A DNA stretch of 64,000 bases from Acidimicrobiia bacterium. GTDB taxonomy: Bacteria; Actinomycetota; Acidimicrobiia; Spongiisociales; UBA5794. Both the position numbers and the translations under genes were made by a program. This document shows positions 35,684-49,299 of this stretch, piece after piece (the first letter of the stretch is position 1; each line of letters begins with the position of its first letter). The stretch is from assembly GCA_035461905.1 (NCBI GenBank), contig DATHUV010000034.1, positions 8,574 through 72,573 on the forward strand. Direction: 5' to 3'. The notes below the pieces were generated by a model. The model was not told the DNA's origin. It worked only from the letters and a program-made list of their open reading frames with translations, and did not search any database.

Positions 35684-36937
35684 TCAGCCGACCGCGATGT
35701 CGGAACGGATGTGCTTGCCACGGAACTGGATGAGGTTCGCCGCCGAGTACGCATCCTCGCGAGCCTCGGCGAGGGTGTCGCCGAGCCCGACCACCGTGAG
35801 GACGCGGCCACCGCTCGTCACGAGTCTGCCGTCCACCACTGACGTGCCTGCGTGGAACACGAGCGCCTCCGCGACATGGTCGAGACCGATGATGGCGAGC
35901 CCCGTCTCAGGTGCGTCCGGGTATCCGGGCGATGCGAGGACGACACCTGCTGCGAACGTGTCTGACCACTCCAGATCGGCGGTGCCGAGGGCGCCGTGCG
36001 CACCGGCGTGGAGAACCTCGAGGAGATCCGTGCGGAGCCGCGGCAGTAGCACCTGCGTTTCGGGATCACCGAGACGGCAGTTGAACTCGAGAACCTTGGG
36101 CCCTTCGGCCGTGAGCATGAGCCCGACGTACAGGAACCCCGTGTAGTCGATCCCCCTCGCCGCGAGCGCAGCGATCGTCGGCTCGGCGACCCTGGTGCGT
36201 GTCCATTCCACGAGCCCATCGTCGAGGTCGTGGACCGGGCTGTAGGCGCCCATGCCTCCCGTGTTCGGCCCGTGGTCGTCGTCGTTCAGGCGCTTGTAGT
36301 CCCTCGCTGGCTCGAGCGGGACCGCGGAACCGCCGCTGCAGATGAAGAAGACCGACACCTCCGCGCCGTCGAGGTACTCCTCGATCACGACGGTCGACCC
36401 TGCCGCTCCGAACCGCCCCTCCGCGAGACACGCATCGACCCATGCCTCGGCCTCGGGGCGATCATCGGTCACGAGCACACCCTTCCCCGCCGCGAGGCCA
36501 TCGGCCTTCACCACGTACGGGCCATCGGAACCCCTCAGGTGGGCGATCGCGGAGTCGCGATCCCTGAACTCGGCGTAGGCGCCCGCCGGAACCCCGGCCT
36601 CGGTCATGACCTGCTTCGCGAATGCCTTCGAGGATTCGAGCATGGCCGCCTGCCGAGTCGGTCCGAACACCGCGATCCTCGCCTCGTGTAACGCGTCCAC
36701 TACCCCGGCGGCGAGGGGACCCTCGGGGCCTACGACGACGAGATCGATGCGCCGCTCCTGCGCGAGGGTCACGACGGCCTGGGGATCCATCGGATCGACG
36801 TCCGGGGCGACATCGCCCAAAGCGCCCGATCCAGGGTTCCCCGGACACGACACCAGGTTCGTGATGAGCGGGCTCTGGGCGAGCTTCCAGGCGATCGCAT
36901 GTTCCCGACCCCCTGATCCGAGAAGGAGGACCCTCAT
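35684..36937 (-). CDS. purD: Phosphoribosylamine-glycine ligase
   Basis: From ATG 36937: MRVLLLGSGGREHAIAWKL, with an ATP-grasp core. The 493-aa track ORF is an upstream extension into purA. Confidence 0.93.
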   Translation of the reverse strand: MRVLLLGSGGREHAIAWKLAQSPLITNLVSCPGNPGSGALGDVAPDVDPMDPQAVVTLAQERRIDLVVVGPEGPLAAGVVDALHEARIAVFGPTRQAAMLESSKAFAKQVMTEAGVPAGAYAEFRDRDSAIAHLRGSDGPYVVKADGLAAGKGVLVTDDRPEAEAWVDACLAEGRFGAAGSTVVIEEYLDGAEVSVFFICSGGSAVPLEPARDYKRLNDDDHGPNTGGMGAYSPVHDLDDGLVEWTRTRVAEPTIAALAARGIDYTGFLYVGLMLTAEGPKVLEFNCRLGDPETQVLLPRLRTDLLEVLHAGAHGALGTADLEWSDTFAAGVVLASPGYPDAPETGLAIIGLDHVAEALVFHAGTSVVDGRLVTSGGRVLTVVGLGDTLAEAREDAYSAANLIQFRGKHIRSDIAVG

Positions 36938-36938
36938 G

Positions 36939-39577
<2,639 letters not shown>

Positions 39578-39740
39578 TCCAAGCGAGGAATCGATGGGAA
39601 GGGGCCGCCCTCGGGCGGCCCCTTCTTCGTTCCGGGCGACAGGGCCGTCGCCCATGATTTTCCTGCAGAGCGCGGGCCCGTCCGTCTAGGGTGCCGGTAC
39701 GCGAAATGCGTTGTCGGACGTTGATCGTCGTGGAAGGCAC

Positions 39741-41321
39741 ATGACCGTACAGGTACGCGAACAGCACAGAACGCCACTCTGGCGGAATGCGACGGTGCTC
39801 AAATGGGCCGCGCAAATCGTCGTCTTGCTCGGTGTCGTTGCCCTGTTTGCGACCCTCGCCTCCCAAGCCGCAGCCAACTTCGACAGGTCCAACATCTCGT
39901 TCGGGTGGCGATGGCTCTCGGATCCGACGGGCGTCCAGGTCAGGGAAGGCATCGACACACTCCCCGACAGCGGAGCACGTGCCCTGCTCGTGGGCATCGT
40001 CAACACGCTGCGCGTCGCGATCTCCGGCATCATCGTCGCAACGATCCTCGGGACGATCATCGGCATCGCGAGGCTCTCGAGCAACTGGATAGTCAACAAG
40101 ATCGCGACGACCTACATCGAGGCGATCCGCAACGTGCCGCTCCTCGTCCAGATCTTCTTCTGGTCCGCCTTGGCGATCGGGCTTCCCGGGCTCACAGCTG
40201 AGGATGTCGGCGAGTACTGGTTCAAGTCATCGAATCGTGGCTTCGCGTTTGCCTGGGTCTTTCCGAACGGCGGATTCTGGCCGTGGCTGATCTTCGTCAT
40301 CGTCGGGTACCTGGCGGGTCGTCGGGTCGCAACGATGCGCAAGCGGCACCAGGAGGACACCGGTGAACCCGGTCACAGCGGCCGCTACATGGTTCTCGTC
40401 ATCGTCGCCTTTGCGGTCATCGGCTGGTTCGCATGGCCGATACTCGGCTTCCTCGAACCGGTCTTCGATGCGCTCGACCGATTCGTCTCGAGCCTGCCGG
40501 CGATCCTCGTGCCCATCGTCATCGCAGTCGCCGCGGTCCTCATCGCTGCCCTCTGGATACGCAACTTCTTCGAGTCACGTCGCACCCCGGCAGGTTTCGG
40601 CAAGATGACGGACGACGATTGGTTCAGGGTCATCTTCGTAGCCTTCTCGGGCGTCGCCATCGCCGTACTTGCCTTCGTGATCGGCGGCTACGACGTGACA
40701 ACGGTTCGTGGTGAGGTGCTCTCGGTCTCCCAACTCATCATCGATGCCCTCGGGAACCTGATGGGTTGGTCGGCGGACAAGTTCAACACGGACAACTACA
40801 ACACGGTGGTCGAAGGCGTCCGTTCGGGCGGTCCGCTGGTGTTCGAGAAGGCCGAGGTCATCCTGAGGGGTGGTGCGGCGATACCGCAGTACGGCGAGAA
40901 GGGCATGGTGCTGAGCATTCCCTTCTTTGCGATCTGGACCGGCGTGACGCTCTACACGGCTGCCTTCATCGCCGAGATCGTTCGAGGCGGCATACTGGCT
41001 GTGCCGAAGGGGCAGACCGAAGCAGCGATGGCCATGGGCCTCAAGCGGAGCCAGTACCTTCGCCAGATCATCCTTCCCCAGGCCTTCCGGATCATCCTCC
41101 CGCCGATGGGGAACCAGTACCTGAACCTCGCGAAGAACACGTCCCTGGGCCTTGCCGTCGCCTATGCCGACATCGTGGCCGTCGGCACGACGATCATCAA
41201 CCAAACGGGTCAGTCCCTTCCTGTCGTGTTCGTGTGGATGGCGTTCTTCCTCACCATGAGCCTCGTGTTGTCCGCGATCGTCAACTACTACAACCGCAAG
41301 CTGATGTTGGTCGAGCGATGA
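39741..41321 (+). CDS. Amino-acid ABC transporter permease (AapQ/BztB-like, enlarged)
   Basis: 526 aa from ATG 39741. It has an N-terminal His/Glu/Gln/Arg-type permease start (GIVNTLRVAISGII) and the EAA-like loop EAAMAMGLKRSQYLRQIILPQAFR. Confidence 0.85.
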   Translation: MTVQVREQHRTPLWRNATVLKWAAQIVVLLGVVALFATLASQAAANFDRSNISFGWRWLSDPTGVQVREGIDTLPDSGARALLVGIVNTLRVAISGIIVATILGTIIGIARLSSNWIVNKIATTYIEAIRNVPLLVQIFFWSALAIGLPGLTAEDVGEYWFKSSNRGFAFAWVFPNGGFWPWLIFVIVGYLAGRRVATMRKRHQEDTGEPGHSGRYMVLVIVAFAVIGWFAWPILGFLEPVFDALDRFVSSLPAILVPIVIAVAAVLIAALWIRNFFESRRTPAGFGKMTDDDWFRVIFVAFSGVAIAVLAFVIGGYDVTTVRGEVLSVSQLIIDALGNLMGWSADKFNTDNYNTVVEGVRSGGPLVFEKAEVILRGGAAIPQYGEKGMVLSIPFFAIWTGVTLYTAAFIAEIVRGGILAVPKGQTEAAMAMGLKRSQYLRQIILPQAFRIILPPMGNQYLNLAKNTSLGLAVAYADIVAVGTTIINQTGQSLPVVFVWMAFFLTMSLVLSAIVNYYNRKLMLVER

Positions 41322-41322
41322 C

Positions 41323-43185
41323 ATGACCGATGCGATGACCACTCTCGACCTGGAGTTCGCACCCGAACCGCCCCCGAAAGGTGCGCGGATCTGGTTGCGG
41401 GACAACCTCTTCTCGACGCCTGCCAGCGGGGTGATGACGATCGTCAGTATCACGATCGTCGTCCTCGCAATCCGTGGCCTGCTCAACTTCCTGTTCGACC
41501 CCCTCCGCCGATGGGATGCGGTCACCTTCAACATGAAACTGCTGATGGTTCAGGCCTACCCCGCAGCCGATCTGTGGCGGGTGTGGTGGTCCGTCGGCAT
41601 CATCGTCGCCCTGCTCGCTGCATCCCTGGCCGTGTGGAGGATCGGCGGCATGGCAGAGCCTCGCGAGGTGGGCAGGATTTTGACCGGAGCCGGTGGCCTG
41701 CTCCTCCTCGCCGGCCTGGTCGGACCCTTCACCTCCGACACCGGAGCGTGGATCTCGACCGGTCGTCTCATCTGGCTCGGGCTCGGTGCGATCCTGGTGG
41801 GTCTCGGGTACGCGGCGCGTGCCTTCACGGGGGAGCGAGCGAAGCAGCCGATCATTCCGATCATGGGCCTGGTCGCCCTCCTCCTACTGCTCCTCCTCGC
41901 CGTCCTGTGGACAGTCGAGGTGCCCGTTCCTGCGAAGGTGGTCGACGGCGAGGTCATCACGAACGGCGCGGAAGCCTCCGGCGTGCAGGGGCTGCAGGTG
42001 AAGGTGCTCCGTCCGGTCGCGTCCACGACGGTCATCCCGTGGACGATCATCGTCGCTGTCGGGATCATCGTCTACGGGTTGTTCCGGCTCCTCGGCGGGA
42101 CGTCACGGTCAGGGGCCGTGAAGCGAACGTTGACCGTCTTTTGGCTCCTGAGCTTCCCTGTGCTCCTCCTCGTCCTCCTCCGGAACCCCGAGTGGGACGT
42201 CGACGCCGGCGTCTCGACCTTCCTCCCCGCCTTCGTCGTGTTCGCCGTCGTCGGTGTCGGGTTGATGTGGTTTGTCTCGAAGCCGGGAATCGGTGAGATT
42301 GGTCGCGTCGTCGGGGCACTCGTGCTGATCGTCGCGTTCGCGAGCTTCCTCATCCCCATGCCCTTCCTGTTCCGGTTCCTCCTCCTCGCCCTTGCCCTGT
42401 TCACCCTGGCCGGGCCGACATTCGGAGGTGAGGGATGGAAGGGGTTGGCCAGCGCTTGGGTGATCACGGCGCTCATCATCACGTTGTTCGTGTTCACCAC
42501 CGCGACAGACTCCGGGATCACCGTCCCCGGCAGCTTCTTCCTCGGCGGGTTGGCGCTCACCATCGTGTTGGCGTTCACGTCGATCGTGCTTTCGTTCCCG
42601 CTCGGTGTTCTCTTGGCGCTCGGTCGAACGTCCACCATGCCAATCTTCAGGCTCCTGTCGACGGCGTACATCGAGCTCGTGCGTGGCGTCCCACTGATCA
42701 CGTGGCTCCTCGTTGCGTTCCTGATGCTGCCGGTTGCGTTACCGACCGGCGTGGAACTCGGCGGGGTGATCCGGGCCATTGGGGCGATGACATTCTTCTC
42801 GGCGGCCTACCTCGCCGAGAACGTGAGAGGTGGCCTCCAGTCGATCGCAACAGGGCAGCGTGAGGCGTCGCGCGCACTCGGTATGTCCACTGTTCAAATG
42901 ATCGTGTTCATCACCCTTCCCCAGGCATTGCGCGCGGTGATCCCCGCCCTCGTCGGCCAGGTGATCGCGCTGTTCAAGGACACATCGCTCGTCACGATCG
43001 TCGGTCTGTTCGACTTCCTCCACATCGCACGCCAGATCATCCCCTCCCAGAGCCAGCCGTTCAGCTTCCTCGGCTCGATCAAGGAGACCCTGATCTTCGC
43101 TGCACTCGTCTACTGGCTCTTCACATTCACGTTCTCACGCATCAGCCTCCGCCTCGAGAAGCGTCTCGGCGTCGGTGAGCGATAA
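41323..43185 (+). CDS. Amino-acid ABC transporter permease (AapM/BztC-like, enlarged N-terminal membrane region)
   Basis: 620 aa. The C-terminal third carries the permease core ([36 protein letters not shown]). The first roughly 380 aa are additional TM helices. Confidence 0.85.
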   Translation: MTDAMTTLDLEFAPEPPPKGARIWLRDNLFSTPASGVMTIVSITIVVLAIRGLLNFLFDPLRRWDAVTFNMKLLMVQAYPAADLWRVWWSVGIIVALLAASLAVWRIGGMAEPREVGRILTGAGGLLLLAGLVGPFTSDTGAWISTGRLIWLGLGAILVGLGYAARAFTGERAKQPIIPIMGLVALLLLLLLAVLWTVEVPVPAKVVDGEVITNGAEASGVQGLQVKVLRPVASTTVIPWTIIVAVGIIVYGLFRLLGGTSRSGAVKRTLTVFWLLSFPVLLLVLLRNPEWDVDAGVSTFLPAFVVFAVVGVGLMWFVSKPGIGEIGRVVGALVLIVAFASFLIPMPFLFRFLLLALALFTLAGPTFGGEGWKGLASAWVITALIITLFVFTTATDSGITVPGSFFLGGLALTIVLAFTSIVLSFPLGVLLALGRTSTMPIFRLLSTAYIELVRGVPLITWLLVAFLMLPVALPTGVELGGVIRAIGAMTFFSAAYLAENVRGGLQSIATGQREASRALGMSTVQMIVFITLPQALRAVIPALVGQVIALFKDTSLVTIVGLFDFLHIARQIIPSQSQPFSFLGSIKETLIFAALVYWLFTFTFSRISLRLEKRLGVGER

Positions 43186-43210
43186 GTCACGGTTCGCAAA
43201 GGGAGCATCG

Positions 43211-43978
43211 ATGGACAATCAACAAGCACACGGCGGGGTGGTCCTCGGGGACCCGATCGTCATCACCGAGGGCGTGAAGAAGTGGTTCGGAGACTTCCAG
43301 GCGCTCAAAGGCGTAACGGCAACAGTTCGCGAGCGCGAAGTCGTGGTCGTCATCGGGCCGTCAGGCTCAGGCAAGTCGACGTACATCCGATGCATCAACC
43401 GCCTCGAAGCCCATCAGGAGGGCACGATCATCGTCGACGGCATCGAGCTGACGAACGACATCAAGAACATCGAGAAGATCCGTTCCGAAGTCGGGATGGT
43501 GTTCCAGCAGTTCAACCTGTTCCCGCACCTCACCGTGCGGGACAACATCACGCTCGCACCCCAGTGGGTTCGCAAGCAGCCGAAGGCCGAGGCCGAGGAC
43601 TACGCGATGGAGCTCCTCGAGCGCGTCGGGATCCCCGAGCAGGCGGACAAGTACCCGGGGCAACTCTCCGGGGGCCAGCAGCAGCGCGTTGCGATCGCGA
43701 GATCGCTCGCGATGAAGCCGAAGATCATGCTCTTCGACGAACCAACCTCGGCACTCGACCCGGAGATGATCAAAGAGGTGCTCGACGTGATGAAGGAGCT
43801 CGCAGAATCGGGAATGACGATGCTGGTCGTCACTCACGAGATGGGCTTCGCACGGGAGGTCGCTGACCGCGTCCTGTTCTTCGACTACGGCGTGATCGTC
43901 GAGGAGGGCACGCCGGAGCACTTCTTCACCAACCCCCAACACGATCGCACGAAGCTCTTCCTGTCCCAGATCCTCTGA
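43211..43978 (+). CDS. Amino-acid ABC transporter ATP-binding protein (GlnQ/AapP-like)
   Basis: From ATG 43211. Walker [10 protein letters not shown], signature [13 protein letters not shown], Walker [13 protein letters not shown]. Confidence 0.92.
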   Translation: MDNQQAHGGVVLGDPIVITEGVKKWFGDFQALKGVTATVREREVVVVIGPSGSGKSTYIRCINRLEAHQEGTIIVDGIELTNDIKNIEKIRSEVGMVFQQFNLFPHLTVRDNITLAPQWVRKQPKAEAEDYAMELLERVGIPEQADKYPGQLSGGQQQRVAIARSLAMKPKIMLFDEPTSALDPEMIKEVLDVMKELAESGMTMLVVTHEMGFAREVADRVLFFDYGVIVEEGTPEHFFTNPQHDRTKLFLSQIL

Positions 43979-43985
43979 TCCGGCG

Positions 43986-44028
43986 CTTCCTGCGTACGAA
44001 CCCGTGTGGGCATCAGTTACGCAGGAAC
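43986..44028. repeat. Degenerate palindromic element copy 7
   Basis: CTTCCTGCGTA (43986-96) and TTACGCAGGAAC (44017-28) match the family arms with substitutions (GTTCCTGCGTAA). The element lies between the convergent ABC ATPase and lgt genes. Its right arm encodes the lgt C-terminus V-P-A-stop. Confidence 0.7.
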
Positions 44029-44871
44029 CGTCTCCTTCTGGGGTGAGAGCAGGGTTGGGTCCCCGATCAAGGTGCGGCGCTCCGCTCGCTTCTGCGTGTA
44101 CCAGATCCATGCGAGGCCGCCGGCAAATGCGACGATGGACACCCAGCCGTTGCGGCTGAGCCCGAGGAACCGGAACGTCGTATCCGTGCGAATGAGCTCC
44201 ATCACGAACCTGATGAACGCGTACATCGCGACGTACACACCCCATGAGGCACCCTTCGCGAGCTTGCCACGCCGCTCCAGCCACAGGATCGTCGGTACGA
44301 GGATGAGCAGGTTCCACAACGCCTCGTACGCGAACGTCGGGTGGAACGTCTCGAACTGCTCATAGCCGTCGGGGCGTCGTGCGGGGTCGATGATGATCGC
44401 CCACGGCAGGTCGCTCGGTGTTCCGAACAACTCCTGGTTGAAGTAGTTGCCGAAGCGGCCGATGGCCTGGGCGAGGGGGAGCCCGACGGCGATCGCATCG
44501 CCGATCGCAAACAGGTCCCCCTGATGCTTGTCGACAAGGTAGATGATCGTGAGTGCCCCGAACACGAGCCCCCCATAGAGGGCGAGCCCACCCTCCCAGA
44601 TGTACAGCATCGCCCACGGCCTGCCCGAGAAACGGCCCGTATGGGTCACGACGTACGCGGCCCGGGCACCGAGGAATCCGATCACGACGGCCCAGATCGC
44701 GACCTTCTCGAAGAGCTCTGGACTCCCACCGAACCGGGCGTAGCGATGCCTCGACACGATGATCGCGGTGATGACGCCTATCGCGATCAGGATCCCGTAG
44801 AAGTGGATGGTCAGCGGACCGATCTCGATCGTGTTCTGGGCAGGCGAAGGGATGGCCGCGATCAGGTTCAT
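44017..44871 (-). CDS. lgt: Prolipoprotein diacylglyceryl transferase
   Basis: 284 aa: IHFYGILIAIG, GRFGNYFNQELFG. The start overlaps the AhpD-like stop (ATGA). Confidence 0.92.
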   Translation of the reverse strand: MNLIAAIPSPAQNTIEIGPLTIHFYGILIAIGVITAIIVSRHRYARFGGSPELFEKVAIWAVVIGFLGARAAYVVTHTGRFSGRPWAMLYIWEGGLALYGGLVFGALTIIYLVDKHQGDLFAIGDAIAVGLPLAQAIGRFGNYFNQELFGTPSDLPWAIIIDPARRPDGYEQFETFHPTFAYEALWNLLILVPTILWLERRGKLAKGASWGVYVAMYAFIRFVMELIRTDTTFRFLGLSRNGWVSIVAFAGGLAWIWYTQKRAERRTLIGDPTLLSPQKETVPA

Positions 44872-45215
44872 CCGTAGCGTTCCTTGAACTCCTTGAACGC
44901 CTCAAATGCCTTCGGGGCATAGACCGTGCCGGGACCGCCGTTCATGTCGATTGCGACTCCGAGCATCTCGGCGAACTCCTGCTCGGTGGCGCCCTGGCGT
45001 ACGGCGTTGCGAGCATGGGCAGCGATGCAGCCGTCGCACCGGTCGGTCACCGCGATCGCAACGGCGATGAGTTCCTTCACCTTCGGTGACAGTTCACCCT
45101 CGGCGAACGTCGCCTTGTGCATGGCTGAGAACCCGTCGTAGACCGCTGGAATCAGTGCGCGCAGCTCCTTTGCGGATTCCTGATTGGATCGGAGCTCGTC
45201 GTGATGATGGCCCAT
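44868..45215 (-). CDS. Carboxymuconolactone decarboxylase / AhpD-like alkylhydroperoxidase family protein
   Basis: From ATG 45215: MGHHHDEL...LSPKVKELIAVAIAVTDRCDGCIAAH (CxxC redox motif). Confidence 0.8.
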   Translation of the reverse strand: MGHHHDELRSNQESAKELRALIPAVYDGFSAMHKATFAEGELSPKVKELIAVAIAVTDRCDGCIAAHARNAVRQGATEQEFAEMLGVAIDMNGGPGTVYAPKAFEAFKEFKERYG

Positions 45216-45350
45216 GGTCACCTCCTGCCTCCATGCTATGGAGGTTCGCCGCGCTTGCATCCGGTGGGCGACGAGACAGCGCGCATGTAGCCTGAAGCCC
45301 GGTCGAAGAACCTGACTAAGGGTTTGGCTATTCCAGCGGGAGAGGTGCAC

Positions 45351-46502
45351 GTGACGACCAAGCAGCGGGCCGAGGAAGCGTTCAGCGCGAAGGAGCACGA
45401 CCTCAGGGAGCTATCCCAATGGATGTACGACAACCCCGAGGTCGCGTACGAGGAGCACGGGACCTCCCGTCGGATCGTCGACATGCTCAGGAGCAGTGGC
45501 TTCGACGTCGAGTACCCCGCGTATGGCCTCGATACGGCCTTCGCTGCCCGGGTCGGAACCTCGGGTCCCGAGGTCGTCATCTGCGCCGAGATGGACGCCC
45601 TCCCCGAAGTGGGCCATGCATGCGGCCACAACATCATCGCCACGGCAGGCATGGGGGCGGGGCTCGCCCTCGTCGATCTGGCTGACGAACTCGGCATTCG
45701 CGTGACCGTGCTCGGCACGCCCGCTGAGGAGAAGTACGGTGGCAAGGTGGATCTGATCAACGCAGGAGCATTTACAGGAGCGGCCGCATCAATGATGATC
45801 CATCCCGCTCCCATCGATACGGTCGATATCAATGCGATCGCCGTCGCCCACGTCGACGTCGAGTTCTTCGGCAAGGAGACCCACGCCTCGTTCGCCCCAC
45901 ACCTCGGTGTCAATGCGCTCGACGCAGCCGTCCAGGCGTATGTCAACGTCTCGACCCTCCGCCAGCACTTCCTCGACACCGACCGTGTCCACGGCGTCAT
46001 CACCCATGGTGGGTCCGCCCCGAACGTCATCCCTGCCCACACGTCGATGTCGTGGTACGTGCGTGCCGCCACGGACGAGCGCCTCGATGACCTGTACCCG
46101 CAGATCGTCCGGTGCTTCGAGGCGGCCGCACTCGCAACCGGTTGCACCTTCGGCGTTACTGTGACCGGGCATCGGTACAAGGACATGAGGAACGACAAGC
46201 TGCTGGTCGAGCTCTACGGAGCGAACTCGGCTGCACTCGGTCGTCCCATGCCCACCTCCGCCGAGATCGGGAAGACCGGAGCCGGCTCGACGGACATGGG
46301 CAACGTGTCGTACGTGGTGCCGTCGATCCATCCGATGGTCGGCATCAGCTCCTCACCAGCGGTCAACCATCAGAAGGAGTTTGCCGCCCACACGGTGACG
46401 GAGGACGGGACACGTGCCATCAGGGATGGCGCGTTGGCCATGGCGTGGACGATCATCGACCTTGCCGAGGGCGACCGCTGGGCCGAACTCGGCTCGTACT
46501 GA
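45351..46502 (+). CDS. M20-family amidohydrolase / metallopeptidase
   Basis: EVAYEEHGTSRRI, EMDALPEVGHACGHN. GTG 45351 lies 5-6 nt after GGGAGAGG; the track ORF starts at TTG 45324. Confidence 0.8.
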   Translation: MTTKQRAEEAFSAKEHDLRELSQWMYDNPEVAYEEHGTSRRIVDMLRSSGFDVEYPAYGLDTAFAARVGTSGPEVVICAEMDALPEVGHACGHNIIATAGMGAGLALVDLADELGIRVTVLGTPAEEKYGGKVDLINAGAFTGAAASMMIHPAPIDTVDINAIAVAHVDVEFFGKETHASFAPHLGVNALDAAVQAYVNVSTLRQHFLDTDRVHGVITHGGSAPNVIPAHTSMSWYVRAATDERLDDLYPQIVRCFEAAALATGCTFGVTVTGHRYKDMRNDKLLVELYGANSAALGRPMPTSAEIGKTGAGSTDMGNVSYVVPSIHPMVGISSSPAVNHQKEFAAHTVTEDGTRAIRDGALAMAWTIIDLAEGDRWAELGSY

Positions 46503-46512
46503 ACGGGCATCA

Positions 46513-49218
46513 ATGGACCGAGACATCATCGAACGTGCGGACTGGTTCTCCCTCCCCGCGGACGATGCGATCCGAGACCTCGCGTCACCACCGGAGGGGC
46601 TCTCCCACGACGAGGTGAGCGAGAGGTCCGTCACGTTCGGGCCCAACGAGATCGAGGAACACGGGGGGCGCAGCAAGTCCGAGATCTTCTTCGCGCAGTT
46701 CAAGGCCTTCCTCACCTACGTCCTTGCTGGTGCCGTCGTCATCTCAGCGATCCTCGGGGATTGGGTCGAGGCAGTGGCGATCGTTGCGATCATCGTCCTC
46801 AACGCCGTCATGGGATACGTCCAGGAGTCCAGAGCGGAAGACGCGATGGAAGCGCTCAAGCAGATGGCCGTCCCCATGGTCCGGGTGCGGCGATCTGGCG
46901 AGCTGATGGACGTGTCATCGGTCGACCTTGTGCCGGGAGACCGGCTGTTGATCGAGGCAGGCAACGTGGTGCCGGCGGACGGGCGGCTCATCGAGTCCAG
47001 CAACCTCCAGATCGAGGAGGCTGCGCTCACGGGTGAGTCCGAACCCGTGAACAAGAGCGCGACGGAGGTGCTCACCGGCAAACAGGCCCTCGCCGATCGG
47101 ATCACCATGGTGTTCAGCGGTACGATCGTGACCCGAGGACGAGCAGAGCTTGTCGTCACAGCAACGGGTATGGCCACCGAGCTCGGCAGGATCGCATCCC
47201 TCATCCGCGGCGTGGAGGAGGAGCGGACGCCGCTCCAGGAGCGTCTCGATCACCTTGGCAAGGTTCTCGCCGCCGTGGCCGGTGGACTCGTCGGACTGCT
47301 CTTCGTCCTCGGATGGGCGAGGGGAGACGACCTCGAGACCCTCCTGCTCACATCCGTCAGCCTTGCTGTGGCGGCCATCCCCGAGGCGATGCCTGCCGTC
47401 GTCACCATCGCCCTGTCGCTCGGCGCCCAGCGCATGCTGAAGCGCCAGGCGCTGATTCGGAGGCTTCCTGCGGTCGAGACCCTCGGTGCGGTCAGCGTCA
47501 TCGGCACTGACAAGACCGGGACGCTCACCGAGAACCGGATGACGGCCGTCGTCCTCGACGTGGCCAATCGGCAACACGAGTTCGAGCACGACACCCTTCC
47601 GGAGGGCGACGTCCTCCCCTCGATCCAGCTCGCCCTGCTCACGGGTGTCCTCTGCAACGACGCGACCCTCCGGCAGAACGAGGCCTTCACGGCCATCGGT
47701 GACCCGACTGAGGGCGCCCTGGTCGTCATCGGGGCCAGGATCGGCGTGCTCAAGCCCGCCCTCGAGGCCGTCATGCCCAGGGTGGGCGAGGTCCCGTTCG
47801 ACTCGACACGCAAGCGCATGACGACCATCCACAGGACACCGGAATCGATCGAGGACGTCCCCTCGGAGCTGGAGGCACTGTTCCGTGCGGCAGAGGACCG
47901 CCTGCCCGAGTATGTCGGGCTGACGAAGGGCGCCGTCACCGGGCTCGTCGAGCATGCGAACAGGGTCTGGGTCGACGACCGGATCCTGCCAATCGACGCA
48001 CAGGCCAAGGAGCGGATCGCAGCGGCGGAGGCTGAGCTTGCGAGCAAGGGAATGCGAGTGCTCGGGATGGCGGTCAAGCCGACCGATTCACCGGATCCTG
48101 GCCCCGACACCGAAGAGGACCTCGTCTTCGTCGGGATGTTCGGACTGATCGACCCTCCGCGCGAGGCCGTTCCAGGGGCCATCGCCGCAACGATGGCAGC
48201 AGGTATCCGGCCCGTGATGATCACAGGGGACCACCCTCTCACGGCGAGCCACATCGCCCAGTCGATCGGTGTGACGACGAGCTCCGAGGTGATTGACGGT
48301 CCTGAGCTCGACGAGATGTCGGACGAGGAAGTGAGGACGGCGGCGAAGTCGGTGTCCGTGTTCGCGAGGGTTTCCCCGGAGCACAAGCTCGACATCATCG
48401 ACGCGCTCCAGTCCGACGGTGAGCTCGTCGCCATGACGGGTGACGGCGTCAACGACGCCCCTGCCCTCAAGAGGGCGGACATCGGGATCGCGATGGGCAT
48501 CACAGGCACCGATGTCTCCAAGCAGGCCGCTGACATGGTGCTCCTCGACGACAACTACGCGACGATCGTCGCTGCGGTCGAGGAAGGGCGGGTGATCTAC
48601 GACAACATCCGCAAGTTCATCGCGTACCTCCTCACGTGCAACGCGTCGGAGATCCTCGTGATGATCATTGGACCGCTTCTCGGCATGCCACTTCCCCTGC
48701 TCCCGCTCCAGATCCTGTGGATGAACCTCGTGACCGACGGGCTACCGGCCCTCGCGCTCGGCGTCGAGCCTGCGGAGGATGACGTGATGCTCCGGAAGCC
48801 GAGATCGGCGACCGAGACGATCTTCGGTGGCGGAACAACGCGCTTCATCGCCATCTTCGGCGTCGTGCTCTCAGTCGTCACACTCGTGCCCGGCTATCTC
48901 CTGTGGGACTCCGGCGACGGGCAATGGCAATCGGTGCTGTTCACGGTGCTGATCTTCGGTCAGCTCGGACTCGCACTCGAGGTGAGGTCACAGAAGCGCT
49001 CGCTGTTCAAGGTCGGGCTCTTCTCCAACAGGGCGATGATCGGCGCAGTGGCCATCGGCATCGCGGCGCATCTCGCGATCCTGTACGTCCCGTTCCTCCA
49101 GCGCATCTTCGGTACCGACGCCCTCGATCCGATCCATTTCGGCATGGCCCTCCTGGGTGCCGCGGCCGTGATCGGTGCGGTCGAGGTCTACAAGGTGTTC
49201 CTGCGAGCGAGCGCGTAG
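46513..49218 (+). CDS. P-type cation-transporting ATPase (type IIA Ca/Mg-like)
   Basis: From ATG 46513. TGESEPV, phosphorylation site DKTGTLTEN, MITGDHPLTA, TGDGVNDAPALKRADIGIAMG, and 10-TM topology. Confidence 0.92.
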   Translation: MDRDIIERADWFSLPADDAIRDLASPPEGLSHDEVSERSVTFGPNEIEEHGGRSKSEIFFAQFKAFLTYVLAGAVVISAILGDWVEAVAIVAIIVLNAVMGYVQESRAEDAMEALKQMAVPMVRVRRSGELMDVSSVDLVPGDRLLIEAGNVVPADGRLIESSNLQIEEAALTGESEPVNKSATEVLTGKQALADRITMVFSGTIVTRGRAELVVTATGMATELGRIASLIRGVEEERTPLQERLDHLGKVLAAVAGGLVGLLFVLGWARGDDLETLLLTSVSLAVAAIPEAMPAVVTIALSLGAQRMLKRQALIRRLPAVETLGAVSVIGTDKTGTLTENRMTAVVLDVANRQHEFEHDTLPEGDVLPSIQLALLTGVLCNDATLRQNEAFTAIGDPTEGALVVIGARIGVLKPALEAVMPRVGEVPFDSTRKRMTTIHRTPESIEDVPSELEALFRAAEDRLPEYVGLTKGAVTGLVEHANRVWVDDRILPIDAQAKERIAAAEAELASKGMRVLGMAVKPTDSPDPGPDTEEDLVFVGMFGLIDPPREAVPGAIAATMAAGIRPVMITGDHPLTASHIAQSIGVTTSSEVIDGPELDEMSDEEVRTAAKSVSVFARVSPEHKLDIIDALQSDGELVAMTGDGVNDAPALKRADIGIAMGITGTDVSKQAADMVLLDDNYATIVAAVEEGRVIYDNIRKFIAYLLTCNASEILVMIIGPLLGMPLPLLPLQILWMNLVTDGLPALALGVEPAEDDVMLRKPRSATETIFGGGTTRFIAIFGVVLSVVTLVPGYLLWDSGDGQWQSVLFTVLIFGQLGLALEVRSQKRSLFKVGLFSNRAMIGAVAIGIAAHLAILYVPFLQRIFGTDALDPIHFGMALLGAAAVIGAVEVYKVFLRASA

Positions 49219-49299
49219 GACGTCCGTCGGGAGGTCGGTGCGGACATCGCCCCGGGCCGCAGTGGGAACCACACCCCTGCCCCTGGCGGACAGGCGAAC

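Noticed and set aside
45351-46502. The AhpD-like, rhodanese and other redox genes as additional selenoproteins.
   Set aside because: Their active-site positions are encoded by ordinary Cys codons (CDGC; CRIGERS). There are no in-frame TGA codons joining adjacent ORFs.
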